Shown: in pieces, positions 1 through 12,496 of the stretch
How positions within the stretch are numbered: position 1 is the stretch's first letter
Layout: each line of letters starts with the position of its first letter
Source: Paraspadella gotoi
Lineage: Eukaryota > Animalia > Chaetognatha
Assembly (NCBI GenBank): GCA_051294375.1
Contig: CM119270.1
Location: 12,558,497-12,622,496, forward strand
Direction: 5' to 3'
DNA length: 64,000 bases
Position numbers and translations under genes: made by a program
Notes under the pieces: generated by a model
What the model was told of the DNA's origin: nothing
Seen by the model: only the letters and a program-made list of their open reading frames with translations
Database searches by the model: none

Positions 1-599
1 GTGAATGTTTAAAATATAAGTCGGATAAATAGTAATGTCTGTAGTAATGTCTGTCGCCCAAAAAAACAATATTCGTAAGTTAAGGGCATGTTTGCTTGCT
101 GGTGCATATGACAAGCGTCTCAAAATAAGGACCTTTGGGTTAAACTTAATCTTGTCTTAATCGACTGAAAGTCAACACGGTAAGTCTTAGTCTAAAGGTT
201 GACTGGGAGTAGATTGAATAAAAAAAGAAGGAAAGTGGGTAAGTTCGTGACGCGGAATAATGTTGGACAACCTTGTAGATTGGAGGTGCTCAATGCGTTT
301 AACCTCGTAAATTCCTGAGCAAACTCCTATTTGCATATGCGACATTTCCATTGGAAAACATTTTCTGGAAACATCTTTCTAACACCTTTGAGACTCAGTA
401 ACTCATGTTTGTTTTCAATTTTAGTTTAATGTATAATTGTGTATACTAAACTATTAAATTCTCTCCAATCGACTCACTCAATATTGACATATAACTAACG
501 TATTGACTCAATACTAAACAAAAAAAAATCTCTCTTGACTTTCACAAAAGACCCGCGGTGAAAATTTAATTTCCTTCGCCGTGAGACTCAACTCGCTTT
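1..599 (+). repeat. Direct copy of 4461-5057 abutting a 100-N gap
   Basis: gtgaatgtttaaaatataagtcggataaat..gtgagactcaactcgc occurs at 1-599 and 4461-5057; a third, inverted copy lies at ~16395-17013. Confidence 0.95.
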
Positions 600-1774
600 N
601 NNNNNNNNNNNNNNNNNNNNNNNNNNNNNNNNNNNNNNNNNNNNNNNNNNNNNNNNNNNNNNNNNNNNNNNNNNNNNNNNNNNNNNNNNNNNNNNNNNNT
701 AAATATTTTTTAAAATGTAAATAAAATCGATAAAAGCATGCAGCAGAACGTCGCCCACACTTTGCAACAAAACTGTCACCGAGTTGATAGAGCGAACGGA
801 CCCGAGTGGCGATTCTGTCAAAAGAAGGAGATTGGCATTCTACACAAGGGAGGACAAAGACCCTTGTCAATATTTAAAAAGGCAGGGCAAAAGGGGGAAA
901 AAAGCGAAGCAATGGACTTTGAACTTTTTGAAGACGTTAGAAACAGGGCAGACATCGAAGGAAGAAGACGAATCCGAAGAAGAGAAAAGAAAAATCTAAA
1001 ATCGGGGAAAAGAGGAAAGGAGGAAGGGAAAAGGGAGGAGAATGGGAATGTGGGGAAAGGGAAAGGGAAAGTGAAGGAAGAAGGAAAGCGACAAAGACGG
1101 GGGAAAGGGAAGAAGAATGGAGAAAGGGAAAGGGGAAGGGAAGAAGGGAAAGGACAAAGACGGGGGCAAAAACGGCGAAGGGGAATGGGAAAGTGGAAAC
1201 GGAGAAAGGGAAGGAAGATGGGGAAAGCGACAAGCGGAGAAAAGCTGGCGAATGGAATGGGGAAATGGGCAAGAAAGAAGGGAAAGGACAAGGACGGAGA
1301 AAGGGGAATGGGAATGGGAAAGGGAAAGGGACAAAGAGAAACAGGAGACTGACGAAAAAGCGCATATAAAAGATTGGGAGCGACGGGCTAAAGAATTTCG
1401 CGGGCGGAAAACCTTAAAAGTCTCCGGCGAAGCTCGAACAAGTCGCCGATCTCGCGATTTGTCTGCTTAACCGCGACAGCCCACCACTGCGGCGGCTGCA
1501 GACAGCTGCGGCGCACAGCGTCGCGCCACTGCCGGCCATACCACTGGCGGCTGGGAGTTGACCCCCGCGCCGCCATATAACAAAACAAAATGTTCGCGCG
1601 AGCGACGAAAAATGCAAATCTTCTTCCCGGAGGCCGGCGGGCGGCGGCGTCGGGCGCCGTCGGCGGAAAAGGGAAACAACCCCGACGCCTGCAACCTCGG
1701 CATGATGCAGCCAAAGATGCAATAAACGATTTCAAAGCAAAGAGCGTTCAGTCGAAATAAATAAAGAACAAAGG

Positions 1775-2215
1775 ACGTAAACTCGGAATCCAACTTAGCC
1801 CAACGAGAAACTAGGATCTCAACTTTCAACGCAACAGAAACTCCCGAATCCAACCTTCAACCCAATAAGAAACTCGGAATCCCAACTTAACCAACAAGAA
1901 ACTCGGCAAATCCACAGCTTGAACACGACACGAAAACTCGGAATCCAAACCTTAACCCAACAGAACTCGAAGTCCAAACTTAAACCCAACCAGAACACTA
2001 GCGAATCCAAACTTAACAAATAGAAACTACGGAGATCCATTCTTAACCCAAAAGAAAAACTCGCGCTAATCCAAACCCTAACCATACAGAAACTCGCGAA
2101 TTCCAACCTTAAACCAACTAACAAAAACTCGAATCCAACTAACAAACATTGGAAACTCGGAACTCCAACTTAACCCAAGTAAGAATCGTACGAATCCAAC
2201 TTAACCAACAGAAAC
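1775..2215. repeat. Degenerate ~27-30-bp minisatellite (cagaaactcggaatccaacttaaccaa); inverted copy at ~19185-19416
   Basis: Recurrent aaactcggaatccaacttaacc units. Confidence 0.85.
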
Positions 2216-3145
2216 CTCCCAAACAACGAAAAAAAAAAAACAAAAAGACGCAAACATTTTTTTTTCTTAAATCAAATTCTCCAAAAGTTTTCGTCCACTC
2301 GGAAAAGAATACCAACGACCGCAAACTCAGAACTGACAACGCTCCGCCGGTCAGAGCAGATGACTTCGGCGGAGCAACCAAACTGCTTTTTTTCTGATTG
2401 CAACGCTTTCGCTGCGGCCGCCGAGTCGCGGAATTAAAAAAAAAAAAAACTGCGGCGCGGTCGTTTCAACCCCAAAGGATCACACTACTTTCGCCACGAG
2501 TCACTTATTTTTAACTGCGGGCCTTTACGTCTACCGGGCGAGCCATGCCACGGTGGCAAAAACAAAGAAAAGGTGAAAGAAAAAACCATCCCTCTACTCC
2601 GAAACATTGTCCTCTTCTCTCTTCCTTCCTTCCTCCTTCTAACCCTGAAGAAATAAGAAAACTCTCTTCGAAAAACCTCTGAGTCTAACACCTCAAAAAA
2701 AAGAGATAGAGAGAGAGATCGAGAGAGATGAGAGAGAGCGAGACGGAGAGACGATGAGACGAGAGAGAGAAGAGAGAGAAGATATCTGAAGATTCCATCA
2801 AGGCGGAAATTTACCTCTCAGCCTTCTCTCTTTCTCAGCACTCAAGAACTTCGATTAGTCCGACTTCGGTGCAAAGAATGTGAAACACAAGAAGGAAGAA
2901 AGAAATTTTCGTTATGCCCTGTCTGCTTGAAGAATGCCTCAATGTATCAACGTTCTCAAGAGTACCTTTAGACTTTTCCCTAGAAAAAAAAAAACTGTAT
3001 CGCTCTTCTTTCGTGTGACCTATCGTTCACCCGGACTCCTTAAAAACTCCGCCTCCTTGAGAGGCGTTTAGAAAAAAAAGACTTTCCTCCCTCCTTAGCT
3101 TTTTATAAAAACTCTTCCTGTCCAATGGCTCCCTGGTTCTAAACT

Positions 3146-3233
<88 letters not shown>

Positions 3234-4051
3234 ATTATCCCTCCAGGCACAAATTTTCTCAGCTATCGCTGATCACCTTAAAGATGCCTCATCCCTTAAA
3301 ATTCCCTCTTTCTTTCTTCTCTCTCTCTCTTTCTTTCTCATTTCTCTCCTTAAAATAACCTTCTCCTTTCTTAACCCTCTCTTTGAAAATAATTTCCTTT
3401 TTTTTCCTTATCCCGAAAAAATTTCACATTCCTATCACTCTCGTTAAAACAAGTCTACCCCCCTTTCTTTCGACTCTTTTAGATAAACCACCTTTGCTTT
3501 CTTTTTTTCTCCAAAAAAACCCTCTCTCCTCTTTCTTCACCTCTTCTCATTTTAAACCCCCCCCNNNNNNNNNNNNNNNNNNNNNNNNNNNNNNNNNNNN
3601 NNNNNNNNNNNNNNNNNNNNNNNNNNNNNNNNNNNNNNNNNNNNNNNNNNNNNNNNNNNNNNNNNNNNNNNNNNNNNNNNNNNNNNNNNNNNNNNNNNNN
3701 NNNNNNNNNNNNNNNNNNNNNNNNNNNNNNNNNNNNNNNNNNNNNNNNNNNNNNNNNNNNNNNNNNNNNNNNNNNNACTCTCCTTCCTTTAAATAAATAC
3801 AACTCCATCCCCCTTCTTTCACTCTTCTTGCACTCTTCTTTCACCTTTCTTTCTTTCTTTCACTCACCTTCTCTCTCCTTCTCCCTCCCTTCCTTTCCCT
3901 TTCCCTCACCCTCAAACTCCTTTAAAAAAAACCTCTCTCACTCTATCCCGTCTTTCCTTTCTTCCCAATTTAAATTTCTTCTCTCCCCGACTCCCTCTCC
4001 CTCTCTCTCTCCCTCTCTCCCCCTACCAAACTTCTCTTGAAAAAAAGAAAC

Positions 4052-6706
4052 CTGTCTGAGGTCGTTGGTGGTCGACTTTCTTCTCCTCCGTCGGAGGCGA
4101 TTCAGAAAGATGCAGCCGAGCAGACAGAAAATCCCGACGCATTTGGCGGCGGAGGTGAACCCGAAGAGGTAATAGGGTAACCTGTGAGGGAAGGTGGAAG
4201 GGGGTAGGGCAAGTAGGTAAGTATGGGTGGTTGAGAAGACGGGAGAAGAGGATGGGTGGTTGGAGATCGGAGTGGTTTTTCGTGGTGAAGAAAGAGTCAG
4301 GTGGCAAATCGATTGGAATGCTTGGCGAAGACGGGAATACGGAAAGTTTGAGTTGCCAACGGGGAATAGGACGAAGGCAATATAGCTGCGGGGTAAAAAT
4401 AGCTGGGATATATGCTTCGGGGAAAATAGGTGGAAACTTAGGGGAAAAAAAAAAATAGAAGTGAATGTTTAAAATATAAGTCGGATAAATAGTAATGTCT
4501 ATGTAATGTCTGTCGCCCCAAAAAAACAATATTTCGTAAGTTAAGGCATGTTTGCTTGCTGTGCATATGACAAGCGTCTCAAAATAAGGACCTTTGGTTT
4601 AACTATAATCTTGTCTTAATCGACTGAAAGTCAACACGGTAAGTCTTAGTCTAAAGGTTTGGAACTGGGAGTAGATTGAATAAAAAAGAAGAAAGTGGGT
4701 AAGTTCGTGACGCGGAATAATGTTGGACACCTTGTAGATTGGAGGTGCTCAATGCGTTTAACCTCGTAAATTCCTGAGCAAACTCCTATTGCATATGCGA
4801 CATTTCCATTGGAAAACATTTCTTGAAACATCTTTTTCAACACCTTTGAGACTCAGTAACTCATGTTTGTTTTCAATTTTAGTTTAATGTATAATTGTGT
4901 TTACTAAACTATTAAATTCTTCTCCAATCGACTCACTCAATATTGACATATAACTAACGTATTGACTCAATTACTAAACAAAAAAAAAACTCTCTGACTT
5001 CAACAAAAGACCCGCGGTGAAAATTTAATTTCCTTCGCCGTGAGACTCAACTCGCCTTTTGACCTTTTTTTTTGCCACCTCCCCCTCCCCCACCCTCACA
5101 CCCGCGAGCCCGCTGTTTACCGTTCACGGTCGTATTGCAAACACAAGCGTCCGGGTGCGCATTTCTTGCTCCAAATGGAGGCAGCTGGAGTCGAAGACGT
5201 GACCGAGCACGATGGGCCGTGGGCATTTGGCCAAGAGGCGCTGACTCGCCGTCTGAGAAGAGAGAGAGGGGAGAGAAGAGAGAGGGAGAGAAGCGAGAGA
5301 GAAGAAGAGGAAGAGGAAGAGAGGAGAGAGAGAGGAGGAGAGGAAGGAGGCGAGTGAGAGGCGGGGGTTGGGTAGATTCGGAGAGATTGGCGACCGACGA
5401 GGAGGGGGGGAGGGAGAATGGAGAGAGTGAGACGGAGGAGGAGGGATGAGGACGGAGAAGAATGAGAGGAGAGAGGAGATGAATAAAGAACTAGAGAGGA
5501 GGGAGAGGGATGACAGGAAAGGGAAAGGAAGGATCGAGTTTTATAAAGTTCGAGATATTTGAAGACAGATAGCTGGTATGACGAGGAGAGAAAAAAAAAA
5601 AACAGAAAAAAAAATGACGGAGAGGGAGAGGAATATTAAAAGCGGCGTCGAGACTGATGGAAGAACGAATGATATGGAGAGTTGCCTGCGTAAAGAAGTA
5701 AAGGATTTGAAAGTTGTGTGTAACTCTGAGAGGCCGCAGGCGAGGCCGGCTCACAGAGAGTATTGTGGGAAGAGGGGAAGGAAAGCATTACAATGCTGGA
5801 ACGAGGATGATATTAGACAAGGTCGAACCCGAGGGCCGAAGGCAAAGCGGGATTGCGTCTGATGAACTGTGGATATGGAAGGAGAAGAGAATGTGGGAAG
5901 TGGGAATGAGGAGGAGAACGAGGAGAGAGGAGAAGAGGAGAGGGGGGGCATGAGATGAGAGAGGTAAGGGAGTGAAAGGAGGGACGGTGGGATGAGGAGA
6001 ATTGGGAGAGGAGGGTTGAGCTGTATGAGAGAGAAATGAAGGAAAGAGAAAAAGAGAGTGTGTATCACTGGGAAAGAGAGAGGAGAGAGGGAGACAGCGA
6101 AGAAAAAAAAATGAGCTGCGGTCGATTTTCTCGAATGAAGAAGAAAAAGAATTTTCATTCAGCGATTGCGTCACATTTTTATTTATTTTTTTATTTATTC
6201 TTTGCAATGACAGAAGCGAAAGCAATAAACTCCATTCTAAAGAAAAGATATTTTTGACCGATAAAAAAAAAGAAATCTTTACGACTTCAGATACATAAAA
6301 TATATATACACATTTTTCTTTTAACTCTATCTAACGGAGGCCGAACGAGTACCATAAATCTAAAATTCTCGACCTTTTCCCTTATCTTTTTTTGGGGGGG
6401 GTTCCCTTTCTTTTCGAGACCTTACCCAATAACGAACTCATCAGTCATCAAGATAAGATCCATCGCTTCTCACATCAACCCTCATTAGAAAGACATCTTT
6501 TTTCTTCTTCCTAACTTTCCCCTTTCCTCACCTGCATCCCCAAAGCGATGGATTTGACCGACTCGTCAACCGACGCCAGGGTAAGGTCCATCACTGGCGA
6601 GTAACAGCAGCAGGCGGCGAAGAATCCAAGAGCCAAGACGGCGAGGAATGGGAGAAGGCTCCCGCAATTGGAATCGCCGCAATGGCCCGTCATGGCCGAA
6701 CCCGAT
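4052..6706 (-). CDS. SLCO: SLCO 3' exons (TM10-TM12)
   Basis: Exon 6706-6532 (SAMTGHCGDSNCGSLLPFLAVLALGFFAACCCYSPVMDLTLASVDESVKSIALGMQ); exon 5252-5121 (TASQRLL..PIVLGHVFDSSCL.WSKKC....CLQYD, with indels); exon 4181-4052 (LPYYLFGFTSAAKCVGIFCLLGCIFLNRLRRRRRK). These match the OATP motifs KS.ALG.Q, RLLG.IP.PI.FG..ID..C..W...C...C..YD and TM12. Confidence 0.9.
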
Positions 6707-7067
6707 CTGGGAAAAAAATGGAGTTAAAGTGCTGTGATTAATGATTAATGATTAATACAGCTATTCTCTGAAAAATTAATGCCGCTTTTAATTTTATTTA
6801 GTTATGTAGGTGGATAAGGCGCTAAGTGGGCAGAAGATGACTATCCGTAACTTTTATAACCCCATCTCGAAGGCAGGGAACGGGTCCTGGGTTGGGAACC
6901 GGGATTGATGGTTTCGCGCAGGACAGGTACCGGGTCGGGATAGAACTCGGTACCTAGTGGTCATGGGTTGATGGCTTTACTCAATTAGCCAACGGGTCAC
7001 AAGTTAAAGGGTCATGCTTATAGGCGGGGTGAACCTAGGCAAAAATACGGCAGCAGTAAAAAGATAC

Positions 7068-7226
7068 CAATCATAACGATTATTCTCAGGGGTGAACGCA
7101 ATCGCGAGTGGGATCCAAAAATGCGGCAAACTCGTCGTCATTCTGCCACAATCTATGGCGCGCGACGCGACGGCGCGGAGGCGCCGATGCCATAGGTATC
7201 ATCGTTGACTCCCGACCCTCAAGAAT
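7068..7226 (-). CDS. Possible additional SLCO exon (between the Kazal exon and TM10)
   Basis: GC-rich island flanked by cacag| and |gtatct, in the expected position; inverted copy at ~14735-14894. The reading frame cannot be fixed because of indels. Confidence 0.35.
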
Positions 7227-7651
7227 CTGTGGAATCTTTTGATGTTCGGGAGCATTAGGAGGATTTTCTCAAATGGGAAAATCATGCGCGTCTCTCTCTC
7301 TCTCTCTCTTCCTTCCTCTTCTTCTTCCTCTTCTTTACAACTTTTTTTCTATGGAAATTGGAGATTGTTTTGAATCGAAGAGCATTATTAGGAAGCCGCT
7401 ATAGAAAAAGAAGCCAGTGACTTTAGGTCTTGTTTGGACAAATCAACTTCTCTTCGAAGTGGGAAAAACGTTTAAAAGGAGGGGAAAAAATTACTGCTAT
7501 ACTATAAAAGGTTTGGGAAGAGGAAGTAGTCTCTCCAAGAAACTCTCAAATCTTTCTTTCGGCGTCTTTTGGTCGAGATATTCTTGAATATAGTGACAAT
7601 TTTAAATGATAACATAAAGGGACAATATCTCATATAAATAATCAACAAACA

Positions 7652-9223
7652 ATGGCAAGCATCCTACACTATAACTTATCTAACAGAGAAATGGAAAATA
7701 TAATAACCAAGAAATATTCAACTGCAACCGAGCTTAATTTGATATTGGGACAACTAATCTCGATCTTCAACAGAGAACTGCCCTCTATCTGAAAGGCCTC
7801 GTGGGGACAACTAGCTGTCAGTGAAGTTATCATCTAATTCAGTTGCCACTTACATTCACGGGGATGGAACTTATCGATTTTCACTAGTCCATACCTAAAG
7901 AAATTGGTCTTACAAATTGGCGTCTTAGCCCCTAAGACATTGCATGTAATTAAAATCTTCTATAATAAGTGTGATGTGTTCCACAGTTTTTCTACCCCAG
8001 ATTAGAAAGATCGCCATTGGATTTTATCAACAATTTTTTGAGTCATACTTCTTAAACAAATTATTAATCTCAAGGTTCCCTCCCCTCATTACTGATTCGA
8101 ACGTCATGAAAAATGACCATTCACCAACATCTGATTTCACTGACAATGACCTTGGCTTATATCGTGTGGTATCTGAATTTGTGCCGTGTATGTGAGAGAA
8201 GTCCTCAATAAAATATTACTTACATCATCTAAACAAACGGAAGTACTGAACCCAAAATTGGGGAATTTGATTACCAACACACTCATATCTAAGCTAAGGA
8301 ACTTTTTCTTTCTCAAAGATTCACCCTGTCTCAAACCGAAAATGGAAAGAAAACTACAGTGATAAAACTGATAGATTTTTCTGTCTATTCATGCATTTTT
8401 GATTTTCAAGGCAGTAAACACAAACCCAAACCAACCATAATGAAACACTCCGCTCGGACTAAAATAATTTCTTGGCTCGACTCATAAAAGCCGTATAACA
8501 ACAGAGGATGGTGAATTAACTGAGTCGAGTCTTAAAAACCGTGGAAACTTAATGAAACATTTAATAACGACTTTACTCTCTTTCCTAAACTGTTGGAAAA
8601 AGTCCCTTTTCAAGAAAGAAAATTGACCATCATTGTCATTGAGTTTCGACTTCAACATAAGCAGACCAAAAGTGTGATTCCTTTTTCACTTAACAACTTT
8701 TTGCAAAGATCAACATAAAATTCATATAGATATTAGCTTTTGACCCAAAGACCTCTAATGTACTAGGATCAGACCGCTCAGAAAGTTAAGTCTCACATCA
8801 CTACTATTAATGAATCCCCACCCCAAAGAAATTCGCTTCTACAATAATTCACCCATTCCCAGTCCTTACCTTCGCGGGCGATGGCCCTCTAATCCACGCA
8901 TTCTCTATTTCCTAACAGATTTAACTTCAAATGAATGTCACCGTTCAAGACCTTCGCTTGAAAATACTGAGTTTGAACATTTTTAAGAATTATTCTATTT
9001 TCACATCATTACCCAAGAAGATATATCCAGAAGGATTGCTTTGTCAATCCAATCAATCAGTCACTGATTGCTCCTTTTCATAGAATAAAGAAAGCAAAAA
9101 ACTTTATTTCCTTCATTTAGAATGCTAATAATGATGAAATGTTTAACAAAGTATGGTTCCAAAAAGAACATTATTTAGATATTTCCCTTTTTTATTAAAC
9201 CAGTTCCCGTTGATGATCTATAG
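7652..9223 (+). pseudogene. Frameshifted intronless gene resembling a Polinton/Maverick (adintovirus) minor capsid/penton protein
   Basis: TATAAAAG at 7503, ATG at 7652. Stitched frames give ALYLKGSW.QLAVSEVII.NS (~7780-7842), RILYFLTDLTSNE..VQDLRLKIL (~8897-8970) and PFHRIKKAKNFISF..NANN..LDISLFIKP* (~9070-9223). These recall the L.G.W.VAL.EI..P N-terminal and LYVY.D....VGD....LL / I.I...D..G...L.FR C-terminal patterns of Polinton pentons. Pattern recognition only. Confidence 0.45.
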
Positions 9224-9389
9224 TACATAAATTTAAAAAGAGAGAGAGAAGAGAGAGAGAGAGAGGGGGGAAAGTCAGACCATCTTGTCTCTCTCTCTCT
9301 CTGTTCTCTCTCTCTCTCCTCTCTCTCTCTCTCTTTCTTTCTTTCACAACAAACACTTAATTTTGTTTTGTTTCTTTCTTTCTTCTTTC

Positions 9390-10720
9390 AGAATATGAGG
9401 TTGGGTACAACAACATTTCTCAAGCTCAGAAAATAATTCTGACATTGCGCATCTTTTAGCACCATTGTTAGAAACACAGCAAATACCACAGCAATCGGTG
9501 AGTGAATCAAAAACAACAAACAAAAAACAGCACCGAAACAAAAACACCAAAACCAAAATCGAACTTCGCGTCTCAAACAAACAAATCAACGCGAAATGAA
9601 TCAATCAAACTGCGAAAAACAAGAACATTTACTGAAACTCGAAAACATCACCAAACGTGTGAATAAAAGTAAAAAAAAAACCAAAGTACAGCATTTAACT
9701 TTATCTAACACTGATAAGGAAAAAAAGAAGACAAAATGACGACTGCCCACAGCCCACTCAAATTCCAACTATTTTGAGTCCCCAGATCGAATTCGTTACC
9801 CCCCAAATTACTTCATTATTACGGACAAAAAATATATAGAAGATGGTATTTCTTAGGCAATGCTTATATAAGAGGGTTAATCCAGGTAGCAGACTAGACC
9901 ACAAAAATTCTATTTATCATGAAATTAAAACAATATACCTAGACATGATAAATCTTTTCAGACGGGACCCTGGCGAACTTTCCACGTTGGCTCCCGCTCA
10001 TAAGTTTTCACCTCTGTGAAAAATCAGACCTTTCAATCCGTCTCGATGTATTGACCTTTTTTTTCACGTGACGGGGAGATGGAAGCGCATTAAATTGGCG
10101 ACAAAAAGAACTTTAAAGTTCTCTCTGTCCCACCTCACATTTCAACTTATAGATTCCTGTGAGTATGGTGGTTGGACAATGCCAATTAATCAAAGAAGAT
10201 TCAAATTATGGTACTATTCGCAAGAGTTTTATACTGACCAAATATTAAAAAGCAGGTGATGACCTATGATACATAGCACTTATTATTCCCTTGCTATTTA
10301 TCATAATAAATTATAAATTTTCTTTTTCTTCTACAGTAGATTCTTTTTACGCACCTTTGAGGGATTTTTGACGAGGACACCGACGAAAGCCGGTAGTTTT
10401 AATCTCCACACTTTTCATTAGTAACAAATTAAACCAAACTCCTACAAAATATTTTACCAGGGAGATGAGGATAACAACCCAACTCTTTATTAAGAACTGT
10501 AACTAACTGGTACAGCCCCAGATACGCAACAGTTTACCTTCCTTTGAGGAGCTTGCTCGCAGATCGAAGATATGCTATGGCAAAAAAAACGTTCAAAAGT
10601 TCATTTTCAACGATTTCCCCCTTCTTAGCATGAATGCTCTGATTTCCTTCATGGCGTCGATGTCTCAATCGCCTATATCTCACAACAAGTAAATTTAATG
10701 AACTCAAATTACTTGTTAAA
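9390..10720 (+). pseudogene. Second frameshifted, apparently intronless coding unit in the same island; product unknown
   Basis: Non-repetitive A-rich sense strand with protein-like fragments (SSENNSDIAHLLAPLLETQQ; HKNSIYHEIKTIYLDMINLF; ORF 10068-10259 LSHLTFQLIDSCEYGGWTMPINQRRF). Confidence 0.3.
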
Positions 10721-10810
10721 AAATTAAATTATTAATTCTTTTTGTATAAGAGATTGAAAAAGAATTCTTTCTAATCTCTCTCTTTNNNNNNNNNNNNNNN
10801 NNNNNNNNNN

Positions 10811-12430
10811 ACTATTTCATTTAAACCTGATCATTTTATGTCAAAATCATAATAAAAAGAAAAAAGAAAAATAGGACAAGCTCTTCAGACACAAAGCTAT
10901 CAGAATCGCGAAATTCGAAGTCGCTCATGTAACAGGAACATATAGCAATCCCGTTTGCAATTTTAAGTTTGTAAACTTTCCCTTTCATTTCTATAGTAAA
11001 AATGAGGTTTGAAAATTCTCCGGAGATGAGTAGTGCATTTCCCCTGGCTTGTTTGATATTAAATCCTTTATCAAATGCCATAAAACGAATAGGACAAGCT
11101 CTTCAGATGTAACGCTCTCGGAATCGTGCGTTTTTACAAGTGTTTTTTAACCGAATTTCTGGCAAACGCGTTTGCAATTTGGGTAGTCAGATTTGAACGG
11201 AATTCTCTATTAGAAAAATGTTGAATTTTTTTTTAAGCGAGATTCTCGTCTAGCATTATAAGGTTTTAGAGTTAAATCTATATATTTTTTAATTCTTTTT
11301 TTTCATTTTGACAGCTCGCGTTCCCTCGTCGTTTTCAAAATTTCCTCAAATATTTCCGAATGGGAATCGTCGAAACTTCATTCCGGAATATTTTCAATTT
11401 CCATCCCTTCCCAATTTTTTTTTTTTAAACCGAACGAAACAATAAGAGAGCGATTCGCAAACGCGTTTACAATGGGGGAGCAATTTGGAGAACAACGCTC
11501 ACCGTTCGGCGATAGAGGAGCAATTCACGAAACGACTCTCACCGATCCACGACGCAGGAGCAATTCGTGAACATCGTATCCTTTAGCGCCTTCCCTTTTA
11601 GGTTTGCCGAGTCTGGCAGAAAAAGTGGGGGGGTGAGAGAGAGAAAAAGAGAGAGATACACCCGCCGCTCAAAAACCATTCTCCCNNNNNNNNNNNNNNN
11701 NNNNNNNNNNNNNNNNNNNNNNNNNNNNNNNNNNNNNNNNNNNNNNNNNNNNNNNNNNNNNNNNNNNNNNNNNNNNNNNNNNNNNNNNNNNNNNNNNNNN
11801 NNNNNNNNNNNNNNNNNNNNNNNNNNNNNNNNNNNNNNNNNNNNNNNNNNNNNNNNNNNNNNNNNNNNNNNNNNNNNNNNNNNNNNNNNNNNNNNNNNNN
11901 NNNNNNNNNNNNNNNNNNNNNNNNNNNNNNNNNNNNNNNNNNNNNNNNNNNNNNNNNNNNNNNNNNNNNNNNNNNNNNNNNNNNNNNNNNNNNNNNNNNN
12001 NNNNNNNNNNNNNNNNNNNNNNNNNNNNNNNNNNNNNNNNNNNNNNNNNNNNNNNNNNNNNNNNNNNNNNNNNNNNNNNNNNNNNNNNNNNNNNNNNNNN
12101 NNNNNNNNNNNNNNNNNNNNNNNNNNNNNNNNNNNNNNNNNNNNNNNNNNNNNNNNNNNNNNNNNNNNNNNNNNNNNNNNNNNNNNNNNNNNNNNNNNNN
12201 NNNNNNNNNNNNNNNNNNNNNNNNNNNNNNNNNNNNNNNNNNNNNNNNNNNNNNNNNNNNNNNNNNNNNNNNNNNNNNNNNNNNNNNNNNNNNNNNNNNN
12301 NNNNNNNNNNNNNNNNNNNNNNNNNNNNNNNNNNNNNNNNNNNNNNNNNNNNNNNNNNNNNNNNNNNNNNNNNNNNNNNNNNNNNNNNNNNNNNNNNNNN
12401 NNNNNNNNNNNNNNNNNNNNNNNNNCTCAT

Positions 12431-12496
<66 letters not shown>

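Larger units (their letters stand above)
700..7420. repeat. Left arm of a large inverted duplication (partner 14499-20458)
   Basis: ~711-830 is the reverse complement of ~20335-20452; 7380-7420 (agcattattaggaagccgctat..aagccagtga) is the reverse complement of 14499-14540; collinear in between. Confidence 0.95.

Noticed and set aside
738-1470. Long K/G/E/R-rich and F/P/S/L-rich ORFs (also at 19663-20295, 46375-46978, 61237-61923 and many ER/SL repeats)
   Set aside because: They arise from purine- or pyrimidine-only tracts and microsatellites that lack stop codons; no domain signal.
1408-1695. GC-rich block that might be the terminal SLCO exon (minus strand)
   Set aside because: The two copies disagree in frame and there is no conserved motif to anchor it.
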